Source of the DNA: Candidatus Multivoradales bacterium
GTDB taxonomy: Bacteria > Acidobacteriota > Thermoanaerobaculia > Multivoradales > JAHEKO01
Assembly (NCBI GenBank): GCA_965223155.1
Contig: CBDCVR010000013.1
Location: forward strand, 800,001-864,000
Direction of reading: 5' to 3'
DNA length: 64,000 nt
This document shows, in pieces, positions 1 to 9,600 of this stretch. Under the pieces are notes generated by a model. It searched no databases, was not told where the DNA came from, and was given only the letters and a program-made list of their open reading frames with translations. The translations under genes were made by a program, and so were the position numbers. Numbering within the stretch: position 1 is the first letter of the stretch; each line of letters opens with the position of its first letter.

Positions 1-459
1 GTCGAGCGCATTCTGGACGAGACCGGACTCGATCCGGAGCGCCTGGATCTCGAGCTCACCGAGCGCGGTGTCACGCTGGACGACGCCCGCTCGGCGGCAC
101 ACCTCCAACAGCTCCGGACCCGGGGCGTCCGGATCGCTATCGACGATTTCGGTACCGGCAATTCAGCGCTGTCCTACCTCAAGGCGTTTCCGCTCGACCT
201 CTTGAAGATCGACCGGTCGTTCGTGCGCGGCATCCAGTCCGGTGGCACCGACGCAGCGATCATCTCGGCGGTGATCGCAATGGCGCACCGGTTGGGCTTC
301 GAGGTGGTGGCCGAGGGGCTCGAATCCGAGGCCCAGCTTCGGTTTCTGGCCGCCGAGCGCTGTGACTACGTCCAGGGTTTTCTCTTCGCCAAACCGCTGC
401 CGGCTGAGGAATTCAGTAGGATGTGCCGGAGCGGCGGTTTCTCGACCCTCCGCCGCTAG
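1..459 (+). CDS. EAL-domain c-di-GMP phosphodiesterase, C-terminal part (5' end outside the window)
   Basis: Frame 1 is open from base 1: LELTE...IAIDDFGTGNSALSYLKAFPLDLLKIDRSF...VVAEGLE...QGFLFAKP, the canonical EAL motifs. Confidence 0.93.
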   Translation, partial: VERILDETGLDPERLDLELTERGVTLDDARSAAHLQQLRTRGVRIAIDDFGTGNSALSYLKAFPLDLLKIDRSFVRGIQSGGTDAAIISAVIAMAHRLGFEVVAEGLESEAQLRFLAAERCDYVQGFLFAKPLPAEEFSRMCRSGGFSTLRR

Positions 460-473
460 CCTCTAGGAACCTC

Positions 474-3400
474 ATGCCTCGACACCTACGCTGGAGCCGC
501 TGGGCGGCGACGCTCGTCCTCCTGGCCCTGGCGACCGCCGCCAGCGCCCAGGAACGGAGGATTCCATTCGACCACGTTGGCCTGCAGGAGGGGCTGCCTC
601 ACAGCACCGTCAACGCCATCGTCCAGGACGATCTCGGCTTTGTCTGGTTGGGGACCCAGGACGGCCTCGTGCACTGGGACGGCAACGCGTTCACCGCCTA
701 CCGCCACGAGCCGGGCAACCAGGGATCGCTTTCCAATAACTGGGTCTGGACCATCCTCAAGGACAGCACGGGCCGCCTCTGGATCGGCACCAATGAAGGC
801 GGCCTCAATCTCTGGGAGCCGGCGACTCGCAGCTTCGTCCAGTACCGAAACGACGAGATGGACCCCGCTTCGCTCTCCAACAACCGGGTCCGGGCCCTAC
901 TGGAGGACCGAAATGGGCGCATCTGGGTCGGGACCGAATCCGGCCTCAACGTCTTCGATCCGATAGCCGGCCGTTTCGACCGCTATTTCCACGATCCGTC
1001 GAATCCGGACAGCCTGTCGCACAATCAGATCCGCACGATCTTCCAGGACCGCCGCGGCTCGATCTGGGTCGGCACCAACGGAGGCGGCCTGGATCGCTTG
1101 GATGACGCCGGTGGCGTCTTTACGCACTTCCGGCACGATCCGGACGATCCGGCCAGCCTGAGCCGCGACCGAGTCCGGGTGGTCTTCGAGGACCGGTCCG
1201 ACCAGCTCTGGGTCGGAACCTATGAAGGCGGCCTCAACCGCTTCGACCCCGCAACCGGCGCCTTCACTCGCTTCGCCGAGGAGCCGGGCCGGAGCGGCAG
1301 CCTGCTGGGCAACCGGGTGACTTCGATTCACCAGGACTCGAACGGCGTCCTCTGGGTCGGCACCTTCAGCGGCCTCAACGAATGGCTCCCCGAGCGTCAG
1401 GCGTTCACCCGCTACGCTCACAACCCGGCCGATCCCGCCAGCCTGAGCGACAACCGGGTCATGACCATCTTTCAAGATCGGGGCGGCGTGCTCTGGGTCG
1501 GCACTCAGGGCGGGATCAGCAAGTGGAACGCCGTAACCGGATCGTTTTCCGGCTTCCGGCACGACCCGGCTGCCCCCGATCGCAGCCTGATCAGCAACAC
1601 GGTCAACGCCCTGGCCGAAGACGCTCAAGGCCGGCTTTGGATCGGCACCTACGAGGGCCTGGACGTTCTCGATCGCGGCACCGGCACCGTGACCCACCAC
1701 CTGCGCGACGACGCCGTGCCCGGAAGGCTGCGCGACGACCGGGTCATGTCGCTCCACGTCGATCGCGGAGGCACGCTCTGGGTCGGCACCTTCGAAGGGG
1801 GATTGCACCGGCGACGAGCGGACGGCCGTTTCCGCAACTACCGGCACGATCCCGACGACCCAGCCAGCCTCAGCCGGGACGCGGTAACCGCGATCTTGGA
1901 AGATAGTCAGGGGGTGGTCTGGGCCGGCACCTACGGCGGCGGCCTCAACCGAGTCAAGGCAGACGGCTCAGGATTCATCCGCTACCGCAACGATCCCGAC
2001 AACGTCACGAGCATCGGCAACGACAAGGTGCTGGCTCTCCTCGAGGCCAGCGACGGGGCCCTCTGGGTCGGCACGGACGGCGGCGGACTCAGCCGGCTGG
2101 ACCGGCGCCAGGGCACCTTCACCCGGTACCGCAGCAACTCGGATGCGGAGTCCTCCCTGGGGGCCGACACGATCTTCTCGCTCGCGGAGAGCTCAGACGG
2201 GACCCTGTGGATCGGCACCCAGGGCGGCGGCCTCAGCCGGTGGCTCAAGCAGGACCGCATCGCAAACCGGGTCCGTTTCAAGACCTACACCACCAGCGAC
2301 GGTCTGCCCAACGACGTCGTCTACGCGATCCTGGAGGACGAGAGCGGCTCGCTCTGGCTGAGCACCAACGACGGCCTGGCCCGTTTTGACCCCGCCACCG
2401 AGACCTTCCGCAAGTACGGCACGACCCACGGGCTGCTCAGCACCGAGTTCAACTTCGGCGCCTTTCTCAAGACTCGTGACGGCGAGATGCTCTTCGGCAG
2501 CGACCAGGGCGTGAACTTCTTCCAGCCGTCCCGGATCCACGCCAACGACCACGCTCCTCCGGTGGTCCTGACCTCGTTTCTCAAGTTCAACCAGGAGGAA
2601 CGGCTCGAGATCCCGACGCCCGAGCTGCGCGAGCTCTACCTGACCCACAAGGACTACGTCGTGTCCTTCGAGTTCGCCGCCCTCGATTTCTCGGCTCCCG
2701 AGCGCAACAGCTACGCCTACATGCTGGAGGGGTTTGATACCGGTTGGAACGAAGTCGGGAACCTGAACCGCGCCACCTACACCAATCTGGACCCCGGCAG
2801 GTACACCTTCCGGGTCAAGGCCAGCAACAACGACGATCTCTGGAACGAGAACGGGGTGGCGCTGGCGATCAACGTGGCACCCCCTCCGTGGCGAGCCTGG
2901 TGGGCCTATCTGGCCTACCTGGCCGCGGCCCTGGCGGTCCTGCTGGCCGTGGTTCGCCGGCAGTCCGCGATCCGTGTGCGTGAAATCCAGCAACGCCGTG
3001 AGCTGGAGGACCAGGTCGCCCTGCGCACCACTGAGCTCGCCGAGCGAAACCAGGAGTTGGAAAGCGCCATCGACCGGCTCGAGCACGCCAGCGTCACCGA
3101 CGCGCTGACCGGGCTCCGCAATCGCCGCTACCTGGTCAACAACATCGACGCCGATCTGGCGCTGGTGGACCGGCACCACGAGAACCTGAAGCGCCGGCCC
3201 AAGGTCGCGGCTGAGGGACCGCCACCGGACTTTCTCTTCCTGCTGTTCGACCTGGATGGATTCAAGCAGGTCAACGACACCTACGGGCACGCCGCCGGCG
3301 ATCTCATCCTGCTCCAAGTGACCGAGATCCTGCGCGGCGCCTGCCGCGACGCCGACACCGTCATCCGTTGGGGCGGAGACGAATTCCTGATCGTCGCGCG

Positions 3401-3785
3401 CAACGCCACTCCCAAGACCGCCGAAGACCTGGCCGAGCGGATCCGCGCCGGCATCGCCGGCCATCGTTTCGAGCTGGGTCCCGAGACCTCGGTCGAGCTG
3501 AGCTGCTCGATCGGCTTCGCCTCGTATCCCTTTCTGCGAAAGTTCCCGCGTGCGTTCACCTGGGAACAGGTGGTTGCCGTCGCCGACCGCGGTTTGTACT
3601 TCGCCAAGAAAAGCTGCCGCAATGCTTGGGCCGGAATCTCCGAGAACCACCGGGTGGACACCGTCCACCCGTCCTCGCTGCTCCACCAGATTAACCACGA
3701 GTTGGAGCAGTTGGTCCAGCTCGAAGTCGTCGAGCTCAGGACCTCGATCGAAGACGAGGCGGAGCTCGTCTGGGGCTGGACCTAG
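474..3785 (+). CDS. Membrane-anchored diguanylate cyclase with periplasmic beta-propeller (Reg_prop repeats) and Y_Y_Y sensor
   Basis: Signal peptide; many 'D..G.LWVGT.GGL' repeats; YTNLDPGRYTFRVKASN; PPPWRAWWAY TM segment; DLDGFKQVNDTYGH...RDAD-TVIRW-GGDEF (intact A-site and RxxD I-site). ATG 474 preferred over the track start at 423. Confidence 0.92.
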   Translation: MPRHLRWSRWAATLVLLALATAASAQERRIPFDHVGLQEGLPHSTVNAIVQDDLGFVWLGTQDGLVHWDGNAFTAYRHEPGNQGSLSNNWVWTILKDSTGRLWIGTNEGGLNLWEPATRSFVQYRNDEMDPASLSNNRVRALLEDRNGRIWVGTESGLNVFDPIAGRFDRYFHDPSNPDSLSHNQIRTIFQDRRGSIWVGTNGGGLDRLDDAGGVFTHFRHDPDDPASLSRDRVRVVFEDRSDQLWVGTYEGGLNRFDPATGAFTRFAEEPGRSGSLLGNRVTSIHQDSNGVLWVGTFSGLNEWLPERQAFTRYAHNPADPASLSDNRVMTIFQDRGGVLWVGTQGGISKWNAVTGSFSGFRHDPAAPDRSLISNTVNALAEDAQGRLWIGTYEGLDVLDRGTGTVTHHLRDDAVPGRLRDDRVMSLHVDRGGTLWVGTFEGGLHRRRADGRFRNYRHDPDDPASLSRDAVTAILEDSQGVVWAGTYGGGLNRVKADGSGFIRYRNDPDNVTSIGNDKVLALLEASDGALWVGTDGGGLSRLDRRQGTFTRYRSNSDAESSLGADTIFSLAESSDGTLWIGTQGGGLSRWLKQDRIANRVRFKTYTTSDGLPNDVVYAILEDESGSLWLSTNDGLARFDPATETFRKYGTTHGLLSTEFNFGAFLKTRDGEMLFGSDQGVNFFQPSRIHANDHAPPVVLTSFLKFNQEERLEIPTPELRELYLTHKDYVVSFEFAALDFSAPERNSYAYMLEGFDTGWNEVGNLNRATYTNLDPGRYTFRVKASNNDDLWNENGVALAINVAPPPWRAWWAYLAYLAAALAVLLAVVRRQSAIRVREIQQRRELEDQVALRTTELAERNQELESAIDRLEHASVTDALTGLRNRRYLVNNIDADLALVDRHHENLKRRPKVAAEGPPPDFLFLLFDLDGFKQVNDTYGHAAGDLILLQVTEILRGACRDADTVIRWGGDEFLIVARNATPKTAEDLAERIRAGIAGHRFELGPETSVELSCSIGFASYPFLRKFPRAFTWEQVVAVADRGLYFAKKSCRNAWAGISENHRVDTVHPSSLLHQINHELEQLVQLEVVELRTSIEDEAELVWGWT

Positions 3786-4708
3786 CCCCCGGTCTCTTTA
3801 CCGCCAATCCGGTCGACAATGGCTCCGACCGCCTCGGGCAGCGCGTCGAGACTGTCGGGCAGCACGAGCTCCACGGCGTCAACGGCGGGGGCGGCTCCAG
3901 TGAAGAGATCGAAGGCCGCCGCCCTGAGCCATTGGGCAAAGAGACTCGATGCCGTGAGGTTGGCGAGAATCCGGGTCACGGCCTCACTTGGCGCCAGCGG
4001 CCGGACCGTGGGCGCCGACACGTCGGGCCTGCGTCGCGGAAAGACGATCGCGCCGAGCGGCGCGCTGGCCGGTTCGAGCGGCTGCTGGTCCGGCCCCATC
4101 TTGAGCTGGGGAAATCGCGGCAAGACCTTCAGCCCCGGCCCGGCCCCCGCCAGAATCACCTGATCGTCGGCCAACCTCGTGTGCCCCGCAGCTTCGGCAA
4201 CACGCGCGAATGTGGACTTCCCCGCCCCGCTCTCGCCGGCTGCGGCGACCACCCGATCCCCGATCTGAAAGGCCGAGGCGTGGAGGCTCCAGCGCCCACA
4301 GGCGGCCAGGGCCAGGGTCAGACCGGGGCCGAGCGCGGCGTACCGAGCCTGATCCTCGGACCGGGGGCCCTCGATCGTGAGATCCACCGCAGGAGCCGAG
4401 AAGCGGCATCGGAGCCACTGCCGACCCTCGAGCTCCAGCCTGGCCCCCTCGTCGCCTGTGTGGATCAGGTACCGGGTCCTCCGGCCGGCCAGCCAGTTAC
4501 GCCCCGCGAGGGTCTCCAGCATGGACCGGTGCTTCCCCGCCGGAGCGTCCGGCTTCGAAAACTCGACGCCGAACAGCGTGAACGGCGTCAGCTCGCGCAC
4601 CGTGCCTGTGGCGCTCACGGTCAGTCCGGCCAGGCCGTAGTGGCGCCAGCGCGGCTCTCCGTCTTCCTGAAACCAGAGACGTACCGTCTCTCCGTCCGGC
4701 ACCTTCAT
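3782..4708 (-). CDS. HPr-kinase-like P-loop kinase (lasso/RiPP-associated kinase), cluster 1
   Basis: LHASA...GESGAGKST...LADD motifs; ATG at 4708 overlaps the cyclase stop (TGATG). Confidence 0.8.
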   Translation of the reverse strand: MKVPDGETVRLWFQEDGEPRWRHYGLAGLTVSATGTVRELTPFTLFGVEFSKPDAPAGKHRSMLETLAGRNWLAGRRTRYLIHTGDEGARLELEGRQWLRCRFSAPAVDLTIEGPRSEDQARYAALGPGLTLALAACGRWSLHASAFQIGDRVVAAAGESGAGKSTFARVAEAAGHTRLADDQVILAGAGPGLKVLPRFPQLKMGPDQQPLEPASAPLGAIVFPRRRPDVSAPTVRPLAPSEAVTRILANLTASSLFAQWLRAAAFDLFTGAAPAVDAVELVLPDSLDALPEAVGAIVDRIGGKETGG

Positions 4709-6378
4709 CAAGCCAGCTCCCAACCGTGACGGCCGCGCCAGAGCTCGAAGGACGCGCATCGCCAGAGCAGCGCCTTTTCCGCCTCCGACGAACGGGGCCC
4801 AACGGCCTCGACGGCTTCAGGGCGGACGAACTCCGGCCAAACCGCCCGCCTCCGGCCCAGCAGCTCGGCAATCGGTCCGGACTCGCGTTCGAAGACTCCC
4901 CGATCGAAGAGCGGCGAAAGATTGGCGGTGGTCTGGTTCCGGACCACCGCGTCCGGCAAGCGGCTGGTCATCGCCCGGCGCATCAGATCCTTGGCGCAAC
5001 CTGGCCTGGCGATCAGAAAGCTGGGGAGCGCCAGCAGGAGCTCGACGAGATCCGGGTCGAGATACGGCGAGACTACACGGACCCCGGCGTGGGACGCGTG
5101 CACCGCCTCGATCGGAAGTCCCCTACGCTCGAGATCCAGATAGGGCCGCACCAAGCGCGCGCGCGCGCCGGTGTCCTGCCCATCCTCCGGTGCCCGAGCC
5201 GATCCCGAGCTCGCGGCCACCCCCGGGCGGAGCCAAGCCCGGCTCGCGCGCGATGCAACCCGAGCCATGCGCCCGGCCGGACTTCCGATGCGGCCGATGG
5301 CTCCCAGCGCCTGACGCGGCCCCCGGCCACGGGCGATCTGGAGGATCGCGGCGGCGGCGCGGGCGAAGTGTCCGTGGCGCACGAGGTCCCGTACCAGGAG
5401 CTGCTGTACGCCGCGGTAGAGAGCGTCGGCCGGTCCCCCGTTCCAAAGCACGCCGACGCCCGCTTCGGCCGCCCTCCGGTACAGGCGCTGCTTGAGGCCC
5501 CGATAGGGATTCTCCTCGGGATGGCCCGGTTCGAGGCCGTAGGCGTCGGGGTCGGCAAGGGGCCAGCAGTCATCTCCGGAGACGCGCACGGCCGTGAGCC
5601 TAAGGCTCTCCACGACCGCGTCGATACGCTCCCTTTCGTCGCACGTCCTCAGCTCGTCGAAGATCCAGGAAGCAGCCACCGGCCGGCGCCCGGCCTGCTC
5701 AGCGTACTCGGCGGGCGCGGCAGGTTCGAACCGGGCCGCGGCGGCCGCCGCCAGGGCTCCTGAGTCGATTCCCCCGCTCAGCATCAGGCCAAGCTCACCG
5801 TCCGGCGGCGTCCAGCGCGCCGCCGCCGACTCGAGGGCCTTCCAGAGGCGCTCGGCGGCCTCTTCCGGCGAAAGGTCGCTCAGCGCGGCCGAGTCGGGCG
5901 GCTGGCCGCACGTCTCCAGCCGGCCGGGCTCGTCCGCCAGACCGCTCGGATCCGGCCGTGGGCCAGGCGGCGATCCGACGGGAAGCCGCACCCGGCAGCC
6001 GGCCGGCACCTCGAAGACTCCTCGGAAATGCGTCCGGCCCACCGTGGGGCTCTCGAGCGCGAAGAAACGAGCGAGCTGACCTCGATCCAAACCCGGCCGC
6101 ACCGGCAGGGTCGCCAGCAAGTCACTCAGGACCGACGACGAATAGAGCCGGCCCCCGGCCCGCGCGTAGTAGAGCCCCTCGGCACCGCTAGCGCCTCGCG
6201 CCAGGGTAACTCCTTCACCGTCCGGGTCCAGCCGAGTCCCGGTTTCGGAAAGAGCGCCGGGTTCCCGAAGCCGCCGCCGCCCGGGATGCGGCTCGGAGGC
6301 GGACGTGTCGACCCCGAAGCCATTCCTGGCCTGCATCCGGGTACCGGTGGCGAGGTCGAACACCGCCGAGCGCGACAT
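4708..6378 (-). CDS. Asparagine-synthetase-like lasso cyclase (macrolactam synthetase), cluster 1
   Basis: PP-loop LSGGIDS; NGGPADALY acidic motif; SPYLDPDLVELLLALP...KDLMRRAM; no N-terminal catalytic Cys; directly downstream of a lasso-type precursor. Confidence 0.82.
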   Translation of the reverse strand: MSRSAVFDLATGTRMQARNGFGVDTSASEPHPGRRRLREPGALSETGTRLDPDGEGVTLARGASGAEGLYYARAGGRLYSSSVLSDLLATLPVRPGLDRGQLARFFALESPTVGRTHFRGVFEVPAGCRVRLPVGSPPGPRPDPSGLADEPGRLETCGQPPDSAALSDLSPEEAAERLWKALESAAARWTPPDGELGLMLSGGIDSGALAAAAAARFEPAAPAEYAEQAGRRPVAASWIFDELRTCDERERIDAVVESLRLTAVRVSGDDCWPLADPDAYGLEPGHPEENPYRGLKQRLYRRAAEAGVGVLWNGGPADALYRGVQQLLVRDLVRHGHFARAAAAILQIARGRGPRQALGAIGRIGSPAGRMARVASRASRAWLRPGVAASSGSARAPEDGQDTGARARLVRPYLDLERRGLPIEAVHASHAGVRVVSPYLDPDLVELLLALPSFLIARPGCAKDLMRRAMTSRLPDAVVRNQTTANLSPLFDRGVFERESGPIAELLGRRRAVWPEFVRPEAVEAVGPRSSEAEKALLWRCASFELWRGRHGWELA

Positions 6379-6437
6379 CGTGCCCGAGCCTACCTTGCGC
6401 CTAGGTCCGACCGGACCTGTCGCGACCTGCCAGCCCG

Positions 6438-6644
6438 CTAGCCCTGGAACGGAGGGTTGAAGGCAAACGGATTGCCCGAGTCACCGACGCCGGGAGAGCC
6501 GCCCAAGGTCAGGCTGGCCAGCGAGCCGTAGCGCACGAGAGTCGGCTGGCGATAGGGCCTGCGGCCTTCGAGCGGCCGAAGTTCCGCCCCAGTCCGGTGA
6601 GCCGATTGCCGGCGCACCCGCGAACGCTCGCTGGCCTTGTCCAT
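6438..6644 (-). CDS. Lasso-type RiPP precursor A1 (68 aa); predicted core GGSPGVGDSGNPFAFNPPFQG
   Basis: MDKASERS...RRPYRQPTLVRYGSLASLTL|GGSPGVGDSG...: YxxPxL motif, leader Gly, Thr(-2), Gly1, Asp8. ATG at 6644 overlaps the stop of the 2754-aa gene; it is the 3' end of track ORF 6438..7142. Confidence 0.88.
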   Translation of the reverse strand: MDKASERSRVRRQSAHRTGAELRPLEGRRPYRQPTLVRYGSLASLTLGGSPGVGDSGNPFAFNPPFQG

Positions 6645-9600
6645 CAGGGCACGATTGTCATCGTCGGGTCGCCGAGAAGCGTCCATCCGAGAATAACATC
6701 CAAGCGACCCGGATCGCTCTCGGCCAGATCGCGCTTGGCCTCGACCACCGCGCCGCCAAGGCGAGCACCGGGGCTCGCCAGGCGGTCGAACACGCGACGT
6801 CCCAAACGCTGCTCGGAGAGGGCCTCGGTCAAGGTCGCGGCACCCAAAACCGCCGCCGCGCCCGTATCGGCCTCCAGCAGAAGCCGGTTGCCCAAGGTCT
6901 CGTAGGTCGGCAGCACGTGGTAGGTGTTCCAGCAGCCCCACTGGGTCACGACGGTCGGCTTGCCGCGGTTCTCGAGCCGATCGACGTCCGACGAGCGGAA
7001 GAGGCCGCTGAAGCTCCAGACGGTCAGGCCGGAGTGCCCAAAGTAGCTGGTGATTGCCGGGCCCTGGCCGATCTCGCGCACGAGCGCCTCGCGGGCATCT
7101 GTAAGCGGCATCTCGTCCAGATAGACCCGCTCGAGGGACCAATCGGAACCCAGGAGCGCCCCCATGGCGTCGCTCTTCTGTCCGAACGAGAACCCAGTCG
7201 GCGCGTCCCGCTTGTCCGCGGCTAGAACCGCGGTCAGCTCGCCGCCGTCGTAGAGCAGCGTCTTGTCGATCACCGCGGCCAGCTCGTCGAGAGTCCGCAC
7301 CGGCCAGCGGCCCACGGCCACCTCGGGGATGAGGTCCCCGTCCACGTCGCCGTACAGGGGATCCACCGGCGCGTAGCGGACGATCGCGTCGGTCTGGAGA
7401 TACGGAGTCGGGACGAAGCTCATCGAGCCGACACCCAGATGATCGAAGTAGTCGTAGGTGTCGCCGCCCACCAGCAGCAGATACCGTGTCCCGAGGCTCT
7501 TGTACGCGTCGCGGACGTAGCTTCGAATCGCCTCCGGATCCACAATGCCATTACTGTAGGCAGCGTAGACGTCGTCCACGTCGACGGTCCGGACCGCCAA
7601 GCCTTCACCGCGGCGACGGCTCTCCCAGCGGCCCAGGCCGTCCAGGAAGTCGGCGTGCGCGATCACGAGCACGTCGGCGGGCGCGTCGCCGAGATCGCTG
7701 GCGGCGCGAGCGGCCTCGATCGCCGGAACGCGGATCGAGCCGGCTCCGACCGTCCAGTACTCGGCATCGGCGGCACCCAGTCCCGAGAACGCAGCAGCGT
7801 AGCCTCCCAAACCGTCGGCCACCGTCGCCGCCTCGAGACGCGCCAGCGTGCCGGCGGTTCGTCCGTAGGCCACGACGTCGGTCGAAGCAAAGCCGCGCAC
7901 CAGGAAACTCCGGCCGCCGGACGCGAAGCTCAAAGCGTCGGCCCGGGCCACGAAGTCTCTCGGGTACCTGACCGTCAGGTGGTCGTAGTTAACAAGATCG
8001 AACTGGGCGCCCGTGTCATGCGGCAATAGCAGCCTCATCGTGTTGCCGGCCGGCGCCAGGAGGGCGTCGCTCAAGACCGCCGAGATCTCGGGTTGGTAGA
8101 GCCCGTCGAACCATTCCTCGGCAACCAGGCCGCCGTTGACCTCGACGACCAGATGGTGGTCGGGTGCCTGCGGCAGGTTCGTGACGCCGTAGGCCGACAC
8201 CTCGAGGGCCACGTCGGCGGCTCCGGGCAGCCAGTTGTCGAGGTCAAACGTCACCGACGTCTCGACAGGCTTCGTAGTCGCGAGCAGGCGCCGGTCGTAC
8301 CACGGATCACCGGTCGGCGAGGCGAAGTTGTACTGGCGCTCGACCTCGACCTTGTGGGTCTCGAGGTAGTAGGGCTCAGCGGCGCCCGCGCCGGAGTACG
8401 GCTCGATCTCCGCCCGCAGCGCCCGGTCCCGATTCACGCTCAGTCGATAGACGTTGGTCCGGGTGTAGAGGCTGTCGTCGACCGGCTCGCCCACGAACTC
8501 GAGAGACGAGCCGGGACCGAACGGACCCTCTCCGGACACCCAGAAGGGGACCGGCTCACCGCCGCTGGCCAGGCTCAGCCAGTCTCCTCGAATTCCCTGG
8601 AGGCGCACTCCCGCGGCTGCCAGATCTTCGTAGGTGACCCGGTAGATACCCGCCTCGGAAACCTTGAAAGTCGCCAGCTCGTCACCACGGCCCGGCCGGC
8701 CCGAATTCGAGCCACTCGAGCCTCCGTTCGAGCGCAACGCCCTGCCGCCGAACTCGATCGCGCCTCCGAGATCGGCCGAACCGGCCTCGGGCAGCACGCC
8801 GGCGTTCCGCCGCGCGGCCTTGCCCGCTTTCCGGCGCGCCTTGGCGTCCCGGATCTTGGCCCAGGCAACAGGTTGCGCGGAAACCACCTCCGACCCGGCG
8901 GCTTCATCCGCGTAGAACGGACCGTGGTGTCGAATGACGCCGTTGATATCCACGTCCTCCAGAAGGAAGGTATCGCCTGCGACTCCGGCGGCCGAGAACT
9001 CGTACACCTGCGGCTCGAGCGAGTCCACGACGTGGGACGGGATGAGCTCGTCGTTCAAGCGGCGCAAGCCGTCATCTTCGAGCGCGTAAAGATTGAAGCC
9101 GAGATTCCCGACCTCGGTCGAGGTCATCCAGCGGAAGTCCACCGATCCGCGTCCGTGGGCTTCGAAGTAGGCCAGAGTCACCGGCGTCGTGGTCACGCCC
9201 CCGTTCCAGAAGCCGAAGTCCTGATCGGTGACGTTCGAAGAGACCAGAGTCACCGGCTGGACCCCGCCGGTCCCGGCTTGGGTGGTCTGGACGAAGCCGT
9301 CGACCAAGGTGCCCTCGCTGTCGGCGTACACCAGATAGTCGCCCGGCGGCAGGTTGTCGAAGCTGTAGGTACCGTCGATCGCGGTCACGGTGGTCGCGAC
9401 CAGGGGATCGTCCGGATCGATGACTCCGTCGCCGTCCAGATCCTGATAGAGGTACACGGTTACCGAGGGCACCACCGGCTCGAGTCCGGTTCCCGCGAAG
9501 GAACCGTTGGCATCGCCGTCCTCGAACACGGTTCCGGAGATCGAGAGCGCGCCGGTCGGAAGGACGAAGCCGAAGTCCGCGGTGAAGTTGGACGAGTTCA

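Noticed and set aside
4708-6378. Calling the two cyclases housekeeping asparagine synthetase (asnB)
   Set aside because: Both lack the N-terminal glutaminase Cys and sit directly after lasso-type precursors
6438-7142. 234-aa track ORF
   Set aside because: The first ~166 codons are an off-frame shadow of the C25 domain; only the last 68 codons from ATG 6644 form a credible gene
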